The notes under the pieces are model-generated. The model did no database searches. It was not told the DNA's origin and worked only from the letters and a program-made list of their open reading frames with translations. Positions 1-9,210 of a DNA stretch of 64,000 nucleotides are shown here, one piece after another. The position numbers and the translations under genes are program-made. Origin of the DNA: Pseudomonadota bacterium (GTDB lineage: Bacteria; Pseudomonadota; Alphaproteobacteria; Rhodobacterales; Rhodobacteraceae); the NCBI GenBank assembly GCA_038534155.1, contig JBCAXH010000006.1, forward strand, positions 50,829-114,828. The letters run 5' to 3'. Position 1 is the first letter of the stretch, and each line of letters begins with the position of its first letter.

Positions 1-75
1 CCGCTTTTGCGTGAATGGCTACTAAGAGCGGCGTTGGTATTCTCTTTCTATCCTTTCGGATAATTGCGATTTGAA

Positions 76-107
76 CAAAAAAAGACCGGCGCGAAGGCCG
101 GTCTTTT
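76..107 (-). terminator. Intrinsic terminator closing the alginate-like unit
   Basis: Stem AAAAGACCGGC (80-90) / GCCGGTCTTTT (97-107), 6-nt loop, A-run at 77-83 giving a U-tract on the minus strand, just after the manC stop. Confidence 0.8.
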
Positions 108-129
108 CGATTTTATTCTTGGTTGTTGG

Positions 130-1551
130 TCAGGCGGCTTCCTCACGCGCGTAAACGTCTTCGTAGCGGACGAAATCGTCTTCACCAAGATAGGCGCCCG
201 TCTGAACCTCGATCAGGTGAAGGTCGACCTTGCCGGGGTTCTGCAACCGGTGGATCGCGCCGAGCGGGATGTAGACCGACTGGTTTTCAGAGACGAGCTT
301 CACGTCCTCATCGATGGTCACGTTCGCGGACCCCTGGACGACGATCCAGTGCTCGGAGCGATGAAAGTGGCTCTGCAGCGACAGGGCCGCGCCGGGCTTC
401 ACCACGATGCGCTTCACCTGAAAGCGGGCGCCGAGCGAAAGCGTCTCGAAATAGCCCCACGGGCGATTGTCGCGAGGGAACGACTTCGCCTGTTTGACTT
501 GTTTCGCCTTCAGCTCGGCGACCGCGTCCTTCACCTTTTCAGACTGGCTCATGTCGGCGACCAGCACCGCGTCGCCCATGGCGATCGCGGTGACGTTCTT
601 CAGACCGATGCCGACCACCTGCACGCCCTCGCTGTCCGAGCGGAGAAGGGCGTTTTCGCAGTCGATGGCGGTCGCATCGCCGTTCGTCACGACGCCGCTC
701 TCATCGGCCTCGCCGCTCTCCCAGACCGAGGACCAGGAGCCGAGATCGGACCAGCCGCAATCGGTCGGGATGACGGAGAGCGCCTCGCACCCTTCCATCA
801 CCGCGTAGTCGATGGATATGTCCTCGGCGGATTTATAGGGCGTCTCATCGAGACGCAGGAACCCGAGATCGGGCCGCGCGCCGTCGACCGCGCGGCGCAC
901 CGGCATGATCAGGCGCGGGGCGAGCACCTCATAAGCGGAGAGGATGTCGGCGACGCGGAACATGAAGATGCCCGCGTTCCAGAGATGGCGACGCCCTTCG
1001 ACGAAGGTCTTTGCGGTCTCAGCGTCGGGCTTTTCGACGAAAGCGTTCAGTTGCACGGCGCGGGGGGTGAAATCCTCCATCGCGACCGCGGTCTCGAGGT
1101 AGCCGTAGCCGGTTTCCGGGCGCGTGGGCTTCACGCCGAAAGTGATCATGTGGCCGTTCTCCGCCGCGTCGCGCCCAGCGTCGATCGCAGCGGCGAAGGC
1201 GCCGGCGTCCGCGTGGTCCGACGGCATGACGAGGAGAACGGCGTCCGGCTGATCCTCCAGATGCAGCGCGGCGGCGAGGATCGCGGGGACGGTGTTGCGG
1301 CCCTCCGGCTCGATCATGATCGTCGCGTCCGTGACGCCGACATCCGAAAGCTGTTCGGCGACGGTGAAACGGTAATCGCCGTTGGTCATTATGATGGGCG
1401 CCGCGAACCGGTCGCCGCAGGCGCGTTCGAGGGTCTGCTGGAAGAGGCTCTGGTCGCCGTTCAGGCGGGAGAACTGCTTAGGGAAACTCTTGCGGGAGAG
1501 CGGCCAGAGGCGGGTGCCGGAGCCACCGCAGAGGATGACGGGATGAATCAT
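130..1551 (-). CDS. manC: Mannose-1-phosphate guanylyltransferase / mannose-6-phosphate isomerase (AlgA/ManC-type)
   Basis: N-terminal PVILCGGSGTRLWPLSR, KQF, EPEGRNT, GYGY, FVEKP, WNAGIF, WSDLGSW; C-terminal cupin RPWG...LSLQSHFHRSEHW. Confidence 0.95.
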   Translation of the reverse strand: MIHPVILCGGSGTRLWPLSRKSFPKQFSRLNGDQSLFQQTLERACGDRFAAPIIMTNGDYRFTVAEQLSDVGVTDATIMIEPEGRNTVPAILAAALHLEDQPDAVLLVMPSDHADAGAFAAAIDAGRDAAENGHMITFGVKPTRPETGYGYLETAVAMEDFTPRAVQLNAFVEKPDAETAKTFVEGRRHLWNAGIFMFRVADILSAYEVLAPRLIMPVRRAVDGARPDLGFLRLDETPYKSAEDISIDYAVMEGCEALSVIPTDCGWSDLGSWSSVWESGEADESGVVTNGDATAIDCENALLRSDSEGVQVVGIGLKNVTAIAMGDAVLVADMSQSEKVKDAVAELKAKQVKQAKSFPRDNRPWGYFETLSLGARFQVKRIVVKPGAALSLQSHFHRSEHWIVVQGSANVTIDEDVKLVSENQSVYIPLGAIHRLQNPGKVDLHLIEVQTGAYLGEDDFVRYEDVYAREEAA

Positions 1552-1697
1552 GGTTTCGGTCCTTTGCTGTCGTTCAGGCCTTGCGCCTTGACCGAGGTGA
1601 TACCCGCCGCACCGGCGCGCCGTCGCTTGAGCAAGAGGCGAGCGCGGCCTTCGGATGGGGAGAACCCTTAGCCGAAAGGATAGTCGCCGCGCTCATC

Positions 1698-3278
1698 TCA
1701 GAAGCGCGGCGCCGGAACGACGCCGGAATAGACCGCGAGGAAAACGACGAAGGCGACGATGGCGGTCGCCAACTGAAACTTCGCGACGCCGTTCTGGACC
1801 CGCGCGGCGAGGCCGTCGCCGCCGCCCGCGCTCTGGTTCCCTCGGTTCGACCACTTCTGTTTGCTCAGGTGGAAGATCATGAAGATCTTCACCGACGCGT
1901 TGATGATCTGGTTGAAGTAGAGAATGAACGGCCAGCTGAGGTCGGTCTTCCGCGCGTAACGGAACAGGAACAGGCACAGCACCGTCCGCGACAGCACGAT
2001 CCAGATCAGACAGTGGAGGAGGTAAGCCGGCTCCACGAACAGCGTCAGGATGGCGAGTGTCGGGCTGACCATCATCGTCCACATGGCGATGCGCTGGTCG
2101 ACGATGCACCACCAGATAAACGGCTTCACCATGCGCGGGCCGAGCGCGATGGCGCGGGCGCCGTTGCGCAGCATGTTCCCCGACCAGCGGCGGAAGTTCT
2201 GCACCATGCGCCCGGTGCCGGAGCCTTCGATCTGCTCGATGGTGTAGGCGCAGGCGTCGGGCACGTAGGTCATCTTCGCGCGCCGCGTCAGCAGGTGATA
2301 CCAGGTCGACTTGTCGTCGCCGGAGAGGAACCGGAAACGCCCCCAGAGCCAGTGGTCGAGATGATCCGCCTCGATCGTGCGAATGAACTTGGCGTCGACG
2401 ATATGGCGCGCGCGAAAGACGCTCATGCGCCCGGTCAGCGTCAGCACCTTGTCGGACATCGCATGGCTCTGCATCGCGAGCCGCCGCTGGGCGAAGCGCA
2501 TCGAAAGCCAGCTTTGAATCCATTCCGGGCCGTAGCAGATCACCTCCTCATTGGTGGTCAGCGCCTGCAAGTCGGGGTCCGCGCCGAACATCGAACAGGT
2601 TTTCTCCAAGACGTCGGAGGCGTAGCAGGCGTCCCCGTCCATAAAGATCACCAGATCGTTCGGATCGACCCGCCGCCGGTTGATCGCCCGCAGGATCATG
2701 CCGATCGCCATGCGCTTGCCCGGCTGGTTCTGGCGGAGGAACACCAGTTCCGCATCCACGTCGGCGGCCTGTGCGCGCACGAAATCGGTGATGATCTCCT
2801 CGTCATAGGAGGAGCCCGTGCCGATCCAGAGGGTCGTCGGTATCCCCTCCTTCCTGATCTGGCCGATGATGGAGCCGATGACCCGGCGGGTGATCGCCGG
2901 TTCCTCGTAATACGTGGTCATCTGGATATGCAGCCGTCCGGGACGCCAACCGGATTTCCAGACCTCATCGGCGCGCCGACGCATCGGCGGCCATTTCACC
3001 CGGCTGTAGATCTCCGCCCTCACCGCATGTGTGAACCACCAGCCGAAGCGCCAGAAGCCGAGGGCGCCCAGCGTCAGCGTGACATGGAGAAGGTCCGGGT
3101 CGAAGAAGTTGTTCGGCCAGAACACCATCGCCGCGACCAGCAGGGTGAAAAGAACGCTGAATTGCGCCCAGAATTGCGGCGTCCATTTCGCAAGGCCGGT
3201 CGGCGACGGGCCGGAGAGGTCGCCGATCCAGCCGTCGAGATGCTTCTCGAACCCGTACAGCGTTTCAGGTGCCTTCAT
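1698..3278 (-). CDS. alg8: Alg8-like processive GT2 glycosyltransferase (mannuronan synthase family)
   Basis: N- and C-terminal TM helices; FMDGD (DxD), LTGRMSVFRA, DHWLWGRFRFLSGDDKSTW and RRWSGNMLR motifs resembling Pseudomonas Alg8. Confidence 0.85.
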   Translation of the reverse strand: MKAPETLYGFEKHLDGWIGDLSGPSPTGLAKWTPQFWAQFSVLFTLLVAAMVFWPNNFFDPDLLHVTLTLGALGFWRFGWWFTHAVRAEIYSRVKWPPMRRRADEVWKSGWRPGRLHIQMTTYYEEPAITRRVIGSIIGQIRKEGIPTTLWIGTGSSYDEEIITDFVRAQAADVDAELVFLRQNQPGKRMAIGMILRAINRRRVDPNDLVIFMDGDACYASDVLEKTCSMFGADPDLQALTTNEEVICYGPEWIQSWLSMRFAQRRLAMQSHAMSDKVLTLTGRMSVFRARHIVDAKFIRTIEADHLDHWLWGRFRFLSGDDKSTWYHLLTRRAKMTYVPDACAYTIEQIEGSGTGRMVQNFRRWSGNMLRNGARAIALGPRMVKPFIWWCIVDQRIAMWTMMVSPTLAILTLFVEPAYLLHCLIWIVLSRTVLCLFLFRYARKTDLSWPFILYFNQIINASVKIFMIFHLSKQKWSNRGNQSAGGGDGLAARVQNGVAKFQLATAIVAFVVFLAVYSGVVPAPRF

Positions 3279-4692
3279 CGTCCGCCTCCGGCCAGAGACG
3301 CGCGAGCCAGTCGCGCTTCAGCTCGATCTCGGCGGGCGCGTTGGCGCGAAACCATTTGCGCGTCTTCTTAAGGCCCATACCGTCGGCCTTGATCGTCACG
3401 ACCATGCCGAACCTGTCGGGCTGCACGCTGTCGACGCCCGCCTGCAGATCGACGACTTTCCCCATCGCCCGCTTGGGCCGACCGCGGAAAGTGTAGGCGA
3501 TCTCCGCCTCCATCCCGATATGGACGCTCATCGCCATCCGATCGTCGAGCCAGCCGACGACCTGGCGCGGCGCGTCCTCCTCCACCTCGACGACCAGATC
3601 GCCGCGAGAGACGAAGTTGCGCTTCACCGTGTGAATCGCGAAGATCGTGCCGTCCGTCTTGGCGCGCACGACCATCTCATCCGCCGCCGCCTTGCGAAGC
3701 CGCAGCTCCCGCTTCCAGCGGCGATAGTCGAATTCCGCCTCCTCCAGACGATGCTGCAGAAGGATCAGCTGATCCTGATAGCCGCCGGGCGGGAGATCTT
3801 CGCCGCGATCGAAACGCAGGAGCGCCCCCCACGCCCTTTGAATATTCGGCGGATAGGCGATCGCCCGCGGCTCATGCCGCCGCCACGGGCGCCAGACCGC
3901 ATAGAACGCCTGTAGAAACTCGTCTCGATAGATCGGGCGCCGCCTCACATGCTGTTCCAGTGCGGCGCGCGCCGAGTTGAGGCGGCGTTCGGCGAGGCGC
4001 ACCTCCATCCGCACTTCGTCGACGTCGCTTTCGCGGTCGGTGTCCTCCAGCCGGATCAATGGATCGCCTGCGGAGACGACCTGACCGACCTCGACGTAGA
4101 TGCGGTCGACATGGCCGGCCTCCGGCGCCGCGTACTCGACGATCGGCGCGACGAAACGGGCGTGGTCCAGCGAAATCTCCGATAACCGCGACCAGACCTG
4201 ACCGCCGACGAACCCGATCAGGAAAAGCGCGAGAAGCGCGTAGAATGCGAGGTTCCAGATCGTTCGCAGAATGCGCGGCTTCGCTTTGGCGACGCCCTCC
4301 GCCTTCTCTTTCTCCGTCTCGCCCATGGGGACGAGGTCGACCGGCGTGTCGAGGCTGGTGATCATCTCCCCCGTGCTGGCCATCCGGCCGCTGAGGACGC
4401 CGTTGTAGAAGACGGCGAGCGTCTCGCGCTGGCGCACCGTCAGGTCCTTGAAGCGGAAGCAGCCGGGCTCCTCCGACGCCTCCAGGTGCACCGGGAACTG
4501 AACGGCGACGCCCTGGAAGGGGACGACCAGCTCCAGACCGTCGAGAGAGATTTCCTCCCCTTCCGGCAGGCGCACCTCGCCCAGCGACCAGCGCGCGACC
4601 GCGATCCGCCGCCCGTCCCGCGTTTGCAGGAAGAGCGGCGCCGTCACGAGGAACGACAGGTCTGGATGCGGACATTCATGGCGAATGTTCAT
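3265..4692 (-). CDS. alg44: Alg44-like co-polymerase (N-terminal PilZ-like domain, TM helix, HlyD/membrane-fusion domain)
   Basis: Start moved to ATG at 4692 (MNIRHE). One TM (LAFYALLALFLIGFVGG), split lipoyl-like halves (APEAGHVDRIYVEVGQVVSAGDPL / VRAKTDGTI), coiled coil; overlaps the alg8 start. Confidence 0.75.
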   Translation of the reverse strand: MNIRHECPHPDLSFLVTAPLFLQTRDGRRIAVARWSLGEVRLPEGEEISLDGLELVVPFQGVAVQFPVHLEASEEPGCFRFKDLTVRQRETLAVFYNGVLSGRMASTGEMITSLDTPVDLVPMGETEKEKAEGVAKAKPRILRTIWNLAFYALLALFLIGFVGGQVWSRLSEISLDHARFVAPIVEYAAPEAGHVDRIYVEVGQVVSAGDPLIRLEDTDRESDVDEVRMEVRLAERRLNSARAALEQHVRRRPIYRDEFLQAFYAVWRPWRRHEPRAIAYPPNIQRAWGALLRFDRGEDLPPGGYQDQLILLQHRLEEAEFDYRRWKRELRLRKAAADEMVVRAKTDGTIFAIHTVKRNFVSRGDLVVEVEEDAPRQVVGWLDDRMAMSVHIGMEAEIAYTFRGRPKRAMGKVVDLQAGVDSVQPDRFGMVVTIKADGMGLKKTRKWFRANAPAEIELKRDWLARLWPEADDEGT

Positions 4693-4856
4693 TACGGGCT
4701 CCGGCGGGGCGCCTGGGGTTCGGGCGCTTTCTGAGCCAGTGACTAACAAGCGACGGACGGCGAAGCCGCCGCCCGAGGGTCGAGTTCGATGGGATTCAGC
4801 AGAGAGCCGCTATACCGAGGTATAGCGGCCCGCTTTCTCGCAAATATGGCCGTGCT

Positions 4857-6146
4857 TCAGAGGGCGCGCATGATCGCCGTCGCCGCCTCCGCGCCTTTGA
4901 GGCGAATCTTGATGCGGTCGATTGACTGCGGATCGATCGAGCCGAGCGCGAAGGTCCAGCGATCCGATCGCCGCCCGGCCTCCACCCGCTTCGACTTTCG
5001 CAGTTTGATCCGGGTTTTCGCCCCATCGGCGCCGCGAAGTTCGACGTCGAGCTGACCGACCTCCACGCCATCGATCTCCAGCTCGATCGCGCCCTCGGCG
5101 GTGATCGCGATCTCGGGTTCGACGGTGGCCCATTCCCTGGACACGGCGATCTCCTGACCTTCGGCGCTCGCGGCGATGCGCGCGCTCTTCAGGGCGCCGA
5201 GGATCTGGCGGAGCGCGCTGAGGTTGGTGAGCGGCTCGCTATAGGGCGTCTCCCACACGACGACGTCGAACTCACCGATGCGCCCGCTGCGGATGAACGC
5301 CTCCATCGCCGAGGTCGCGCCGCCGCCGGAGATGGAGGCGTTCTCCACCGCGGCTCCGGTGTAATGGGCGATAGCGTCCGCGACCCGATAGGCGTCGCGC
5401 TTGTAGCGGTCGGAGAAGCTGGTGCCGATGAGCGCGAGCGCCGGTCCGGCGGCCGCATCGCCGAGAAGCGCGTCGGCGCCGCCCGCCTTGGCGAAATCGG
5501 GGGCGGCGACCGTCTCCGCCTCGGGCCGCGCGCCGCAAGCGGCTTCCGCGACCGCGCTCAGCGATCCTTTCTCCTCATAGCCGCCGGTCATCGCGGGGGC
5601 GGCCGCGTCGGCGCGCATCTTCAACGCATCGGCGAGCGCGGCGGCGGAGAGGGCGGCGCCCGTCGGGGTCCAGTGCGTGTCGCGTTTGAAGTAAACCGCC
5701 TCACCGCCCTCGCGGAGCGCCGCGAGCAGATCGGGCGCGGCTACGCCGACGGCGTTCAACGCTTTGACATAGGCTTGGAACTCGGCGGCCGTCGCCGCGG
5801 CGTCGTAGCCGGCCAGTCCCATCGCCGCGAGCGCTTCGCCCGGCGCGAAAAGCGGACGCGGCGGCGCGGCCACAACGGCGAGCGTCGCGCCTTGCGCCGT
5901 GAACTCCTCCCGGATCGCGGAGAGAAGCAGCGACGCCTCCGCCGACATCTCGAACCGGGCGCGCAGCTGATCGTCGCCGATGATCCAGCCGGAGGCGGCG
6001 TCCGAATGGAACGGCCCGCGCTTCTGATGCTTCGACGGAAGCGCGTCCCTGTCGCCGAGCGCGTCGCAATAGGGCGCGGCGGCGGCGCCGGTGGCGGTCA
6101 TGGTCGCGGCGAGCAGGGCCGCGGACAGTGTCATAAGCGGTTTCAT
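4857..6146 (-). CDS. algX: AlgX-like periplasmic SGNH O-acetyltransferase with C-terminal beta-rich domain
   Basis: Signal peptide, KRDTHWTP and LIGTSFS catalytic motifs, VVWETP, extra ~100-aa C-terminal domain. Confidence 0.8.
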   Translation of the reverse strand: MKPLMTLSAALLAATMTATGAAAAPYCDALGDRDALPSKHQKRGPFHSDAASGWIIGDDQLRARFEMSAEASLLLSAIREEFTAQGATLAVVAAPPRPLFAPGEALAAMGLAGYDAAATAAEFQAYVKALNAVGVAAPDLLAALREGGEAVYFKRDTHWTPTGAALSAAALADALKMRADAAAPAMTGGYEEKGSLSAVAEAACGARPEAETVAAPDFAKAGGADALLGDAAAGPALALIGTSFSDRYKRDAYRVADAIAHYTGAAVENASISGGGATSAMEAFIRSGRIGEFDVVVWETPYSEPLTNLSALRQILGALKSARIAASAEGQEIAVSREWATVEPEIAITAEGAIELEIDGVEVGQLDVELRGADGAKTRIKLRKSKRVEAGRRSDRWTFALGSIDPQSIDRIKIRLKGAEAATAIMRAL

Positions 6147-7174
6147 CAGTTCATCTCCTTCGAAACGTAGCGCACCGGGACTTCCCAGATGACGACTTTT
6201 GGGGGGGTGGTGTTGAGCTCCTCGCTCAGGAGGAAAGCGTCCATCGGCGCGAAGGGGCCCGCCCCCTCCCGCGCGAAATTGAGGATGTCGGCGCCGAGGG
6301 CCTGTTTGAGAAATCCCTCGAAATGGAAGTCGGGCTTGGCGCTGAAGCTCGTGCCGACCAGCGCAATCTCGACCGGCGCGTCGCCGAAGAGACCGCCCGC
6401 GGCCTCGACGACCGTCTCATACCGCTGGATGGAGCGGCGCGGCGGTCCGACGACGTCCCTGAACGGCCCCGTCGGAACGAAGGCGAGGAGGTCGCCGTCG
6501 AAAGCGGCGTCTTCCAGGCGGCGGGTTTCCACGCCGGTCCGCGCGTAGTCCGCATCCGCGAGCCGGAGCGCGGTCGCCATCGCGACGGCCTCCGCGCCGC
6601 GGGGGGACCAGTGCGTGTCGTCGCGCATGAACACTTCGCCATAGGCCATGTCGCCCCGCAGGGCGGCGGCCGCGCCCACGCGCTCGACGCCCATGCGATC
6701 GAGGTGACTGGCGAAGGCTGAGAGACGGTTTCCAACCGGCGATGGGCGGGCGCGCCCCAGACGGTCTTCGTAAATCTCCGCCTTGTCGGGCACAGCGACG
6801 ACGATGAGGCGAGCGCCCCGAGCGGCCAGCTCATCCCGAACGGCGGCGACGCGCCGCGCGCTGGCTTCGATGTTCGCGGCGAAGTTCGGATGAACCTCCA
6901 GCTCCTCCGCTGTGAAGAGCCAGCCGTCGCGCCCGACGATCGCGCCCTGATAGGCTTCGCCGAGCGCGGCGTAGCGGATCGACGCCAGCGCGCCGACCGC
7001 GATGTCCTTCAACGGGTTGGCGTCGAAGAACCGCTCTTCGTAGAGCGACTGGAGCGAGCCGGTCATCACGTCGCCGCTCACCGGCGCGCTGACGCCGAGA
7101 TGGCTGACAGCGCCGACGACCGCGAGCGCGGAGACGAAGCCCGTCGCAGTGAAGCTGGATGCCGAAAGGGTCAT
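6146..7174 (-). CDS. algJ: AlgJ-like membrane-anchored SGNH O-acetyltransferase
   Basis: N-terminal anchor, GRDGWLFTAEE, VPDKAEIY, RDDTHWSP, LVGTSFS, VIWEVPVRY; follows algI. Confidence 0.8.
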   Translation of the reverse strand: MTLSASSFTATGFVSALAVVGAVSHLGVSAPVSGDVMTGSLQSLYEERFFDANPLKDIAVGALASIRYAALGEAYQGAIVGRDGWLFTAEELEVHPNFAANIEASARRVAAVRDELAARGARLIVVAVPDKAEIYEDRLGRARPSPVGNRLSAFASHLDRMGVERVGAAAALRGDMAYGEVFMRDDTHWSPRGAEAVAMATALRLADADYARTGVETRRLEDAAFDGDLLAFVPTGPFRDVVGPPRRSIQRYETVVEAAGGLFGDAPVEIALVGTSFSAKPDFHFEGFLKQALGADILNFAREGAGPFAPMDAFLLSEELNTTPPKVVIWEVPVRYVSKEMN

Positions 7175-7184
7175 GGCGCGATCC

Positions 7185-8582
7185 TCAGAACTGGAAATAC
7201 AAGAAGGGGGACTGGGTCTGCGCGATCAGCGCGGCGACGGCGAAGGTCGCAAGCGCCGCATTTCCTGTGCGCCGAGCGATGGCGGGCGACGCGCCGACAG
7301 CCGCTTTCAAAGCCGGCCCCTGCGTGGCGATCAGGCCGCCGACCGCGAGCATGAGAAGCTCGGAATTCTGCAGTCGCCATGCTTGATCCGCGGACATCGC
7401 CCAGCCGTTGAGGCCGATCATGCCGCCATAGACGGCCATCGCCTGACCGATGCTCTCCGCCCGGAACAGCACCCATCCGATCAGCACGAGCGTCATCGTA
7501 ACGGGCCAGGCGATGCCGCGCGGCCAGACCGTCTCCGCCGCCTTGGCGCCCATCGCCCGCTCCACCGCGAGCCAGAAGCCGTGCCAGGCGCCCCAGGCGA
7601 GGAAGGTCCAGGCGGCGCCGTGCCAAAGCCCGCCCAACACCATGGTCAGCGACAGGTTCACGTATGTCCGCACCCGCCCGCGACGGTTCCCGCCAAGCGG
7701 CAGGTAGAGGTAATCGCGCAGCCAGTGCGACAGGCTGATATGCCAGCGGCGCCAGAACTCCGTGATCGAGCGGCTGACATAGGGGTGGTTGAAGTTCTCG
7801 ATGAAGCGGAAGCCGATCATCAGGCCGAGCCCGATCGCCATCGCCGAGTAGCCCGCGAAATCGAAGAGAAGCTGGATCGAATAGGCCAGCGCGCCCAGCC
7901 ACGCCTCCGCCGCCGTCGGATCGGGGAGCGCGAAGACGCGATCCGCCAGCGGCGCGACATTATCCGCGATCAGCAGCTTCATCGCGAGGCCCTGCGCGAA
8001 CCGCCCAATCCCCTGGACGAACTTCTCGGCCGAATGAACGCGCGTCTCGAACTGCTCCGCGAGGTCCTTGTAGCGCAGAACCGGCCCCGCGATGAGCTGC
8101 GGGAAGAGCGACCCGAAGGCGAGGAAATCGACGAGGCGCCGGGCGGGCGGCGCGTCTTTGCGCGCCACGTCGATGATGTAACTGATCGACTGGAAGGTGT
8201 GGAAGCTGATCCCGATCGGCAGGATGATCGCCGGGATGGTCACGTCGCCTCCGCCGAGTGCGGCGCTGAGGTCCGCGACGCCCGACATTACGAACATCGT
8301 GTACTTGAAATAGCCGAGTACGATCAGATCGAAGGCGACGCCGAGGCGCACGGCCCATGTCTTCAACCGCGCATCCGTCGCCTCCGACGCGATCTTCGCG
8401 GCGATGTAGCTGACGAGCGACATCCCGAAGACCACGGCGAGGTAATCCACCCGCCACCAGCCGTAGAAAGCGTAGCTGCCGAGCAGGATCACCCATGATT
8501 TCATCGCCCGCGGCGCCGCGTAGTAGACGGCGAGGAAGAGCGGCAGAAACCCGAAAACGAAGATGGCGCTGGAGAAGATCAT
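7185..8582 (-). CDS. algI: AlgI MBOAT family O-acyltransferase
   Basis: MIFSS..F..GFLP start, LPIGISFHTFQSISY, FPQLIAGP, ENFNHPY, EFWRRWHISLS, GLWHGA (catalytic His). Confidence 0.92.
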   Translation of the reverse strand: MIFSSAIFVFGFLPLFLAVYYAAPRAMKSWVILLGSYAFYGWWRVDYLAVVFGMSLVSYIAAKIASEATDARLKTWAVRLGVAFDLIVLGYFKYTMFVMSGVADLSAALGGGDVTIPAIILPIGISFHTFQSISYIIDVARKDAPPARRLVDFLAFGSLFPQLIAGPVLRYKDLAEQFETRVHSAEKFVQGIGRFAQGLAMKLLIADNVAPLADRVFALPDPTAAEAWLGALAYSIQLLFDFAGYSAMAIGLGLMIGFRFIENFNHPYVSRSITEFWRRWHISLSHWLRDYLYLPLGGNRRGRVRTYVNLSLTMVLGGLWHGAAWTFLAWGAWHGFWLAVERAMGAKAAETVWPRGIAWPVTMTLVLIGWVLFRAESIGQAMAVYGGMIGLNGWAMSADQAWRLQNSELLMLAVGGLIATQGPALKAAVGASPAIARRTGNAALATFAVAALIAQTQSPFLYFQF

Positions 8583-8592
8583 CGACCCGACC

Positions 8593-9186
8593 CTACTTCA
8601 CGACCGCGCCGAAGCGGTGCTCGACCAGGCGCACGCTGCCGGGGTCGGCGAGGACGCTCACGTTCTGACCCCGACGGAGGGAGACGTCGAAAGTCGCGAC
8701 GGGCGCGTCCTCGCCATGGCGAAAGACGCCGAGGGAGATCGCGATGGGGTTCACGGCGCGAAGGCCCGACTGCATCGGATCCACTGCGTCGATGACGGTG
8801 ACGGAGCCGTCCGCGAGCTTCAGCTCCAGCGCATCGTCCGTCGCGTTGATCAGGTAGAGGGACACCTTTGACGCGGCGGCGCGCGGCGCTTCGCTGATGA
8901 CATGCGCATCGCCAGCGTCGTTCCGGACGACGGTGAAGTACCCGCCGGGCGCGACGTTCTGGAGCGCCGCTGCGGAGACCGGGGCGTAGGCGAACATCTC
9001 GTCGGCGTTCAAAGCGAAGGTCTTGCCGGAGAACTCCGCCGTCTCGGCGCCGTCGAAGCCGACGAAGCGCACGAAGCTGGCGTCTTCTGGCGGCGCTTCG
9101 GCGTAGAGGCTCGCGTCTGTCGCGAAACCGGCGGAGGCGCTGAAGCCGAGGACGGCGATTGCGTAGAAGGGAAGGGTGCGTTTCAT
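8593..9186 (-). CDS. algF: AlgF-like periplasmic alginate O-acetylation protein
   Basis: Signal peptide followed by LYAEAPPEDASFVRFV, an AlgF-type N-terminus; directly upstream of algI. Confidence 0.8.
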   Translation of the reverse strand: MKRTLPFYAIAVLGFSASAGFATDASLYAEAPPEDASFVRFVGFDGAETAEFSGKTFALNADEMFAYAPVSAAALQNVAPGGYFTVVRNDAGDAHVISEAPRAAASKVSLYLINATDDALELKLADGSVTVIDAVDPMQSGLRAVNPIAISLGVFRHGEDAPVATFDVSLRRGQNVSVLADPGSVRLVEHRFGAVVK

Positions 9187-9210
9187 CGGATCGTCTCCTG
9201 CGATGAAGGG

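Noticed and set aside
64-1671. Long antisense or alternate-frame ORFs in the track (e.g. 64..1671+, 7149..8498+, 12769..14340-, 33190..34809+, 61918..63405-)
   Set aside because: They are shadows of real genes caused by GC-rich codon bias, have no recognisable motifs and fully overlap confident CDSs.
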